Shown: in pieces, positions 26,955-32,657 of the stretch
Layout of the letters: the number at the start of each line of letters is the position of its first letter
How positions within the stretch are numbered: the first letter of the stretch is position 1
Virus record (IMG/VR): IMGVR_UViG_3300046820_000364
Location: 1-32,657 of that record
DNA length: 32,657 nt
From: a virus
Taxonomy: Duplodnaviria > Caudoviricetes
Reading direction: 5' to 3' (one strand)
The notes under the pieces: generated by a model
Told to the model about the DNA's origin: nothing
What the model saw: only the letters and a program-made list of their open reading frames with translations
Databases searched by the model: none
Translations under genes and position numbers: made by a program

Positions 26955-27550
26955 TGGAACAAGCACATAATAGCTTGGCAAATTTTCGTGCTGAGATGGG
27001 CAAAAGAGATTTTGCTCGTTCGCATAGATTTGAGGTACAAATAATTCCGCCAGCGAATCTGATGGGCGATGATGGTAAAAGAGTGGCAGGTGGCCAAAGA
27101 ATGGCCACACACACAACATCCGCAGGTCGTTCCACAAATCATCTATCTCTTTTCGTTGAAGATGCAATGATTCCAGGAATACTACTTGGAACAAAACCGT
27201 TTAGAGCCAACAACTTAAACGAGCAACGTGCAACAGTTATCGATTTTGGTGGAGACTCAATTACGTTTACGTTTTTAGTTGATGCTACATGGGCAGCAAA
27301 AGACTTTTTCGGTGATTGGATGAGAGGAATTATTAGTAAAAGAACTAGAGAAATTGCCTTTCCAAACAACTATTATGGCAGTATGATAGTAACTGCATTA
27401 AACAATAAAGATGAAGTAGTTGCTAAATGGGAAATAGAGGATGTATTTCCTAGGTCAATCGCACCAATTCAAATGTCTAATAGCAATACACAACCTATTA
27501 GATTGCCCGTAACGTTTACTTACAAAAGATGGTTCGTAATACCAGTTTAA
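26954..27550 (+). CDS. Tail tube initiator gp54-like (gp19 tube fold)
   Basis: 'ARSHRFEVQI.PP', 'A.IPG', 'ITFTFLVD..W..KDFF.DW', 'DVFP.SI.PIQMS', 'LPVTFTYKRW'; between gp2 and gp26. Confidence 0.75.
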   Translation: MEQAHNSLANFRAEMGKRDFARSHRFEVQIIPPANLMGDDGKRVAGGQRMATHTTSAGRSTNHLSLFVEDAMIPGILLGTKPFRANNLNEQRATVIDFGGDSITFTFLVDATWAAKDFFGDWMRGIISKRTREIAFPNNYYGSMIVTALNNKDEVVAKWEIEDVFPRSIAPIQMSNSNTQPIRLPVTFTYKRWFVIPV

Positions 27551-27568
27551 TTAATGAAGGACTAAATT

Positions 27569-28255
27569 ATGCCATTACCAACTATGAATACTCCCACTTT
27601 CAAAGTGAAGTTGCATTCATTATCCAGTGAAGTTGAATTCCGTCCATTTCTTGTTAAGGAAGAAAAGATTCTTATTTTAGCTCAAGAATCTAACGACCCA
27701 AAAGAAATGATCAAAGCGATGCAAGATATTGTTACTACATGTTCAACCGGCGCAATTGACGGCAAAGATTTACCATTCTTCGACCTACAGAATGCGTTCA
27801 TTCGTTTACGTTCGCAGTCTATCGGTAGTATGACAGACTTTATTCTGATTTGCGGCGAATGTGGACATAAGACAGAAACGACATTGGACCTAGACACGCT
27901 TACTGTAGAGCATCAAGACAATCACACGAATAAGATTATGTTGTCTGATAATGTCGGTGTGTTTATGAAATATCCTAAAGCGGAAATTCTCGTAGACGAT
28001 GAGACGCCTGCTTTCGATCTAGTGGTATCATGCGTAGATAAAATTTTTGACCAAGATGAAATATACAGCGCAGAAGATGAGGGTAAAGAAGAAGTAGAAA
28101 AGTTTGTTAACAGTCTTTCGACCCAGCAGTTTGAAAAGATTGTAGAATTTTTCCAGACTTCCCCTAGACTTGAAAAGACTATTGATTATGCATGTGCAAA
28201 ATGTGGCACAGAAAATACAGTTTTGATCGACGGTGTAGAAAATTTTTTCGAATAA
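27569..28255 (+). CDS. gp26: Baseplate hub assembly protein gp26
   Basis: 'MPLP....P', 'FRPFLVKEEKILILAQES', 'LPFFD....FIRLRSQSIG', two CxxC motifs (CGEC, CAKC), 'MKYP', 'QFEKI.EFF.T.P.L', C-terminal 'GVENFF'; GAAGGA SD. Confidence 0.88.
   Translation: MPLPTMNTPTFKVKLHSLSSEVEFRPFLVKEEKILILAQESNDPKEMIKAMQDIVTTCSTGAIDGKDLPFFDLQNAFIRLRSQSIGSMTDFILICGECGHKTETTLDLDTLTVEHQDNHTNKIMLSDNVGVFMKYPKAEILVDDETPAFDLVVSCVDKIFDQDEIYSAEDEGKEEVEKFVNSLSTQQFEKIVEFFQTSPRLEKTIDYACAKCGTENTVLIDGVENFFE
28243..28249 (+). promoter_or_regulatory. Candidate -1 ribosomal frameshift heptamer T TTT TTC
   Basis: gp26 frame AAT TTT TTC GAA TAA; the -1 frame TTT TTT CGA ATA ACC CTT runs open into the gp51-like ORF. Confidence 0.6.
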
Positions 28256-28431
28256 CCCTTTCTCATGATAATTTGATGAATCATTATAAGACAAACTTTA
28301 TCTTAATGCAAGAACACAAATACAGTTTGTCCGAACTTGAAAATATGATGCCATGGGAAAGGGAAGTTTACATCGGTTTGTTGATGACACATTTAAAGAA
28401 AAAAGCAGAGAGAAATCAACAGGATTATTAA
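28249..28431 (+). CDS. gp51: gp51-like baseplate hub assembly protein (possibly expressed as the C-terminus of a gp26 frameshift fusion; alternative ATG at 28276)
   Basis: 'LSHDNL.NHYKTNF.LMQ.HKYSLSELENMMPWERE.Y..LL..HLK' matches the short gp51-annotated proteins of T4-like cyanophages; no SD seen before ATG 28276. Confidence 0.75.
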   Translation, partial: RITLSHDNLMNHYKTNFILMQEHKYSLSELENMMPWEREVYIGLLMTHLKKKAERNQQDY

Positions 28432-28434
28432 GAA

Positions 28435-30708
28435 ATGGCCAGTAACTTACAAGGACTATCAGATAGACTACAGACTGCCCCAAATAATGGGCCAGATCCT
28501 ATTGTCGAACGTCTGGATGAAATGGCCCAACTCGGGCGTGATATCAAGAAGTTACTGAGTTCAACTGGCGCGGGAAAAGGAAAAGAACCGCAGTTAAACA
28601 AAATTAAAGATTCTACTAGTCCGCTATCAATCACGAGAGTAGACGGTGAGAGCGCGGGTAAGATACTTTCGGCAGCAACAGACAATCTAAGCAAAGACTT
28701 GGAAAAGTTTAGTGAAGCAGAACACAAGATGATGACAGACCTAGTTACCGAAATTGGTAAACTAACTGAAAAGAATCTAGAGGGCTTCAATAAGGGTATC
28801 AAAGAAGTTGTCGATCTGGCAAAGAAGGGTCAAGCATTAGCAGAAAAATCTGGGAATATTGAAGGCGCTAAACGATTTGGAGATACTGCTAAGGCAGCCA
28901 AGGACGAACATTTCCGTGTCAATAAGATGGATCTTCGCGGTGATAAAGATACTTTTGCTAATAGATTTAGTCGGGCTTTAGGAAATAAAGAACCTATTGA
29001 TACAAAGAAGACCGGAGTAAGAGCCTTTGGCACCGCGCTACGTCAAGGCGCAAAGGGTGCAATGAAAGAATTCGCTAAGGGTGTATTAAAAGGTAAAGAG
29101 GGTAGTTTCCGCGACCAAATATTTACATCTGATAAAGCCAAAAGAAGTGTCGAGCGAGAAAAGCAGGGTTGGGCACCAGAAGCGGAAAAAATGGTAGACC
29201 TGACAGAAGATCAGAAGAAGATGTTGGCGCAAAAAGGTATTGCACCCGCTTCCGAAAAAGATATTTCATATCGTAAAGCTGGTAAGCCAGTATCGTTGAA
29301 AGATATCAATGCTGAGATAGAAAAAGATTACGAAGATAGAAACAACAAGACCGGTATTATTCCTGACAAACCTGTAGCGGCGGCTGAAATAGCCTCACCA
29401 GTAACAGATACTGGTAGCGATATGCAAGAAGTTTCAGCTGGGCTAACAGACAGTCCCGTAGTTGATGCGATTGAAGAACAGACGGAAGTTATAAAGGGCA
29501 TATCTGATACATCGAAACAGACATTAGAACTTATCGATGCTATCAATAAGAGTATGCAAAAAATTGCAGACTCCATGGATAATATCGGGGGCGAATCTGG
29601 GGGCGGAGATAGCGGTGGATTTCCAAGCATCGATATCGATTTGCCAAGCAGAAAACGCGGTGGCAGTTTAGATGCTCCCGACAATCGTAAACAAAGTAAA
29701 TCAGATAGAGCTAGAAGTCAGCCTAGAGATGCTAAAGGTAGATTTGCAAAAAGAACACCAGACCTTCCTGCTGGAAGAAAACCTGGTAAAGGAAGAGGCA
29801 TATTAGGTGCATTAGCATCTGGCGCGGGTGCTATTGGTCTAGGAGCAATGGTTGCAAGTGATGACACAGAAAGTTCGTCTGCGAATGTAGCCACAAATGC
29901 TGCGATGACCGCTACTGACCTAGTAGACGCGGGTGGTTCAGGTGCTAAAAATGAAGCTAAAGCTATCGAGAAGGGTGCGACTAAAGCGGGCGAAAAGACC
30001 GCAGTAAAAGCTGGTGAGAAAGTTGCCGCCAAGGGTGTTGCCAAAGTAGGTGCAAAAGCAGTTGGTAAATCATTGCTGAAAAAGATTCCCGGCGTAAGTA
30101 TTTTAGCGGGTGGGGCATTCGCCGCACAACGAGCGATGCAAGGAGACTTTCTAGGTGCTGGCGGCGAACTTCTCTCTGGTGTAGCAGGCTCAATTCCCGG
30201 AATAGGAACGGCCGCGTCTGTAGGTATTGATGCTGCACTTGCTGCTAGAGATATGGGTGCATTAGGTGGTGTACCGGGGCAAGCAGAACAAGGTGCCGCG
30301 GGAGCAGCAAAGCCAGCAGCAAAGCCAGCTGCCGTTCAAGGTAAGCCAGGTGGCGGTATATTCAGTCGTGCTGCAGGATTTGTGAAGAAGAATCCATTGA
30401 TGGCCGCTGCAGGTTTAGGGGGTGTAGGTCTAGCCGCAGTAGGTGCATCTAAAGCATGGGATTGGATGTCTGGCGGCGATGAGAAGAAAGTAGAATCTGG
30501 TCAAAATCCTGATAGCGGCATCCTAGAGCAAGGAACAGAAAAAGCTAAAGATCAGATGAAGGTAAATGTTCCGCCACCTACTATTATTAATCAGGGTGGA
30601 GGAGGTGGTGCCAAACCAGAAAGCACTACAGTACCAAATACCAAATCTTATGTTAGAGACGATGAAAGTAGTTGGATGAGATTTGCTCTAAAACGAGCAA
30701 TGGCATAA
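28435..30708 (+). CDS. Putative tape measure / baseplate hub protein (gp29-like)
   Basis: 757 aa, helical and Ala/Gly/Lys-rich; amphipathic glycine-rich segment 'KAVGKSLLKKIPGV.ILAG..FA.QRA.QGDFLGA..EL.SG.A..IPG.GTA.SV.IDA.LAARD'; directly after gp26/gp51. Confidence 0.65.
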   Translation: MASNLQGLSDRLQTAPNNGPDPIVERLDEMAQLGRDIKKLLSSTGAGKGKEPQLNKIKDSTSPLSITRVDGESAGKILSAATDNLSKDLEKFSEAEHKMMTDLVTEIGKLTEKNLEGFNKGIKEVVDLAKKGQALAEKSGNIEGAKRFGDTAKAAKDEHFRVNKMDLRGDKDTFANRFSRALGNKEPIDTKKTGVRAFGTALRQGAKGAMKEFAKGVLKGKEGSFRDQIFTSDKAKRSVEREKQGWAPEAEKMVDLTEDQKKMLAQKGIAPASEKDISYRKAGKPVSLKDINAEIEKDYEDRNNKTGIIPDKPVAAAEIASPVTDTGSDMQEVSAGLTDSPVVDAIEEQTEVIKGISDTSKQTLELIDAINKSMQKIADSMDNIGGESGGGDSGGFPSIDIDLPSRKRGGSLDAPDNRKQSKSDRARSQPRDAKGRFAKRTPDLPAGRKPGKGRGILGALASGAGAIGLGAMVASDDTESSSANVATNAAMTATDLVDAGGSGAKNEAKAIEKGATKAGEKTAVKAGEKVAAKGVAKVGAKAVGKSLLKKIPGVSILAGGAFAAQRAMQGDFLGAGGELLSGVAGSIPGIGTAASVGIDAALAARDMGALGGVPGQAEQGAAGAAKPAAKPAAVQGKPGGGIFSRAAGFVKKNPLMAAAGLGGVGLAAVGASKAWDWMSGGDEKKVESGQNPDSGILEQGTEKAKDQMKVNVPPPTIINQGGGGGAKPESTTVPNTKSYVRDDESSWMRFALKRAMA

Positions 30709-30741
30709 AAAAGGGGCGCTTTAAGCGCCCCTTTCTCTTTT
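30706..30741. terminator. Bidirectional rho-independent terminator
   Basis: Perfect 11-bp stem AAAGGGGCGCT-(TTA)-AGCGCCCCTTT with an A-run on the left and a T-rich run on the right, between the convergent gp29-like and gp32 stops. Confidence 0.9.
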
Positions 30742-31657
30742 AGTCGTCCGCAAGACTTGCGAAATAACTCATATTATCGTCACTAGTTTCATCGCTCCAA
30801 GGTGGAGTATCTTCGGTTGCCTTAGCAGCCGTCTTCATCTTGGTTTCAACGAAGAGTTCATCTTCTGCATCAAGCGGATTTACCTTCTCTGCGGTAGGCA
30901 CACGGGTACCTGCACCGAGAACAGTATTCAACTTGGCTTTGAGTTCATCATAAGACTTGAAGTTCGAGGGGTCAAGGAAAGCAGCCAGTGAGTGTGTCTG
31001 CTTCCAGACGGCTTCTAGCTTATCCTCATTTTCATCAAGTGGTGTATTACCGTCAAATTCTGACTTATCGTAGTTACGATAGCCTTCTACCTGACGAATA
31101 CGGAGCTTGAAGTTAGCGCCTTCCCAAAGATCGAACGGATTAACCGGCTTCTCATCTTCAAAGGTAGGCTGCATTACGTCCTTGATCTTGTCAAAAATCT
31201 TCTTACCATACTTATAGAGGAAGACCTTACCTTCGTTCTCAGGGTTCGAAGGGTCACGAACAACAAGAACGTTAGAGATATACGACAAGCGGCGCTTCTG
31301 CTTACGAGCGATTTCCTTGTTGGCTTCGATACCCGAATTCCAGAGTTCTGAATTGAGTTCGCCAAGAGGGTCTGGCTTGTTAATAGTGGTCAGCGAGTTT
31401 TCGATATACCACTTACCAGTTGGACCCTGAAAGCCGTGGTCATACACACGAACCCAGGGAAGTTCTTCGCCTGGAGGTGCAGGAAGAAAACGAAGAACAG
31501 CCTGGCCATTGCCAGCCTTATCTACAGAAGGCTTCCAGAAGCGGTCATCATCGCCGCGCTTTTCGTTTGTGGGATTTGCAATCTTTTCGACTTCCTTCAT
31601 GAGTGAGTCGAAGTTGCCACGGTTCTTACGGAGTTCCGAGAGAGAATTAAAAGACAT
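30740..31657 (-). CDS. gp32: Single-stranded DNA binding protein gp32
   Basis: 'DDRFWKP.VDKAGNG.AVLRFLPAP.GEELPW..V..HGFQGP.GKWYIENSLTT', 'RKQKRRLSY.SN.LVV.DP..PENEGKVFLYKYGKKIFDKI', 'NPFD.WEGANFKL.IR.V.GY.NYDKSEF', acidic tail 'MSYFASLADD'. Confidence 0.96.
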   Translation of the reverse strand: MSFNSLSELRKNRGNFDSLMKEVEKIANPTNEKRGDDDRFWKPSVDKAGNGQAVLRFLPAPPGEELPWVRVYDHGFQGPTGKWYIENSLTTINKPDPLGELNSELWNSGIEANKEIARKQKRRLSYISNVLVVRDPSNPENEGKVFLYKYGKKIFDKIKDVMQPTFEDEKPVNPFDLWEGANFKLRIRQVEGYRNYDKSEFDGNTPLDENEDKLEAVWKQTHSLAAFLDPSNFKSYDELKAKLNTVLGAGTRVPTAEKVNPLDAEDELFVETKMKTAAKATEDTPPWSDETSDDNMSYFASLADD

Positions 31658-31716
31658 ATTTGTATTCCTTATTTTGCGTTGTATTGCGTTGTATTGCGTT
31701 AATATTTGCGTTGTGT
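31658..31716 (-). repeat. 10-nt periodic repeat (AACGCAATAC)n in the gene 32 leader; candidate autoregulatory operator
   Basis: Plus-strand TTGCGTT at 31674, 31684, 31694 and 31706, directly upstream of the AAGGA SD. Confidence 0.75.
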
Positions 31717-31866
31717 ATCATAATCATCGTAGTCATCGAAATCTTCTTCTTGACTACCAGAGTATTTATACAGGTTTTTACGGTGTTTATTAGATTTATC
31801 AACACCTTTGCGAACTTCTTTGACACGAGGTTCATAATCGAAGTCTCTACGCTTAGAATGACTCAT
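31699..31866 (-). CDS. Small hypothetical protein (55 aa), absent from the ORF track
   Basis: Manual translation MSHSKRRDFDYEPRVKEVRKGVDKSNKHRKNLYKYSGSQEEDFDDYDDYDTQRKY*; ATG abuts the gp59 stop (TAAATG) and the ORF fills the gp59-gp32 gap. Confidence 0.7.
   Translation of the reverse strand: MSHSKRRDFDYEPRVKEVRKGVDKSNKHRKNLYKYSGSQEEDFDDYDDYDTQRKY
31763..31770 (-). promoter_or_regulatory. T4-type late promoter TATAAATA upstream of gp32
   Basis: Plus strand TATTTATA at 31763-31770, about 105 nt upstream of the gp32 ATG. Confidence 0.6.
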
Positions 31867-32457
31867 TTAACAGACCACTTGGCCTTTCTCCTTGATCCAT
31901 AGTTGAGAGAATTTGTCTTTATCAAATTTGATGAAGACACGGTACTTTGTTATCAAACGGGACACATCTTTCCATATAAAATCGTTTGCTAACGTAGTAT
32001 TGTTACTATACACGAAATCAAATAATTTGTCAAGAATAACTAAGGTTTCAAGACTAATTTTTTTACCAAGGTACAGTTTTAATGCTAAGGGATGTTGACC
32101 ATCACTAATCAAAGGGTCAACATTTGCTTTCTCAGCCTCTAACATAAGTGTGGAGATATCTTGTGTGAACAGATATGTCAACTTCTCTTTTCTAGACTTC
32201 CAATCCCGATATACGTTATCACTTTCGGCATCAAATAACCCGTTATGTCCATTGACAAAGTTGGCCACGAAATAGTCTACCATTTCAGTAAAACTAAATC
32301 GCTTGGCTAACTTACGAAACAATAGAACATCCTTGCGTTTAAGGAATGTTTCTCGTTTACATCTAACACCGGATTTTGTTTTTGTGATGTCGTAATCATC
32401 GGAAGTAAAATGAAGTTTGAGTGACATATAGACACGATAAACTTCGAAAGAGTCCAT
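31867..32457 (-). CDS. gp59: Helicase loader gp59
   Basis: 'FEVY..Y.SLKLHFT...YD..K', 'F.KRKD...F.KLA', 'YFVANF', 'Y..W..R...L.Y.F..D', 'HP..LKLYL.KKISLETL.ILD', 'W......I.KY..F'; between gp33 and gp32. Confidence 0.9.
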   Translation of the reverse strand: MDSFEVYRVYMSLKLHFTSDDYDITKTKSGVRCKRETFLKRKDVLLFRKLAKRFSFTEMVDYFVANFVNGHNGLFDAESDNVYRDWKSRKEKLTYLFTQDISTLMLEAEKANVDPLISDGQHPLALKLYLGKKISLETLVILDKLFDFVYSNNTTLANDFIWKDVSRLITKYRVFIKFDKDKFSQLWIKEKGQVVC

Positions 32458-32657
32458 TAGAAGGGGAGCTTTCCATCCTTGCGCTTTAACATATTTAGTT
32501 CTTCTGCTTCCGCGCGAATCTTTTCCTTGAGTGAAGTAGTCAACAGAACCGATACTGATTCCATTTCAATCTCATTCTTCACGCAATAATCAACTAGCAA
32601 ATCCATGCACTGTAGACCTGTTGTTGAAGCCTGTTTCTCGATAAACTGAGAAAACTC
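32457..32657 (-). CDS. gp33: Late transcription coactivator gp33 (5'-truncated by the window edge)
   Basis: Manual translation ...EFSQFIEKQASTTGLQCMDLLVDYCVKNEIEMESVSVLLTTSLKEKIRAEAEELNMLKRKDGKLPF*; 'F...IE......MD....YC..N.IE.E....L....LKEKI..EA..LN.L....LP' pattern; TAATG overlap with gp59. Confidence 0.88.
   Translation of the reverse strand, partial: EFSQFIEKQASTTGLQCMDLLVDYCVKNEIEMESVSVLLTTSLKEKIRAEAEELNMLKRKDGKLPF

Noticed and set aside
28192-28248. ORF-track start of gp51 at 28192
   Set aside because: Overlaps the gp26 C-terminal CxxC region in another frame and encodes implausible sequence with no SD
31647-31902. Track ORFs 31647-31835 (-) and 31660-31902 (+)
   Set aside because: The 55-aa frame 31699-31866 abuts the gp59 stop and has a more protein-like composition; the others overlap neighbouring genes or are antisense
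1-32657. Alternative genetic code, introns/inteins, homing endonucleases, tRNAs
   Set aside because: Genes tile the window densely under the standard code; I saw no intein, HNH/GIY-YIG or tRNA signature and intergenic gaps are too short

Overview
Core virion and replication region of a large T4-like myophage, with the gene complement of the cyanophage/alphaproteobacterial-phage-like branch rather than T-even. The minus-strand late operon (25732 to 37) reads: gp48, gp53, gp27-like hub, a gp5 locus apparently split over 2-3 ORFs (OB fold + GH19; a 1743-aa protein with a probable degenerate lysozyme-like domain and the gp5 beta-helix; an M15 peptidase), gp25, gp6, gp7, a 147-aa fibre-collar-like protein, gp8, a VrlC-like 1969-aa protein, and three accessory virion genes. 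The last of these has a symmetric (F/Y)AGSRTYS repeat region. A divergent plus-strand operon carries gp4, an unlisted 40-aa basic ORF, gp2, gp54-like, gp26, gp51 and a gp29/tape-measure-like gene, and ends at a bidirectional terminator. A convergent minus-strand block carries partial gp33, gp59, an unlisted 55-aa ORF and gp32. Several T4-type late promoters (TATAAATA) are visible. Most notable: a candidate -1 frameshift (T TTT TTC) joining gp26 to gp51 just upstream of the tape measure gene, the multi-hydrolase split gp5 locus, the repeat 'needle' protein, and a 10-nt periodic repeat leader on gene 32. All family calls come from motif recognition and synteny; no database search was run.
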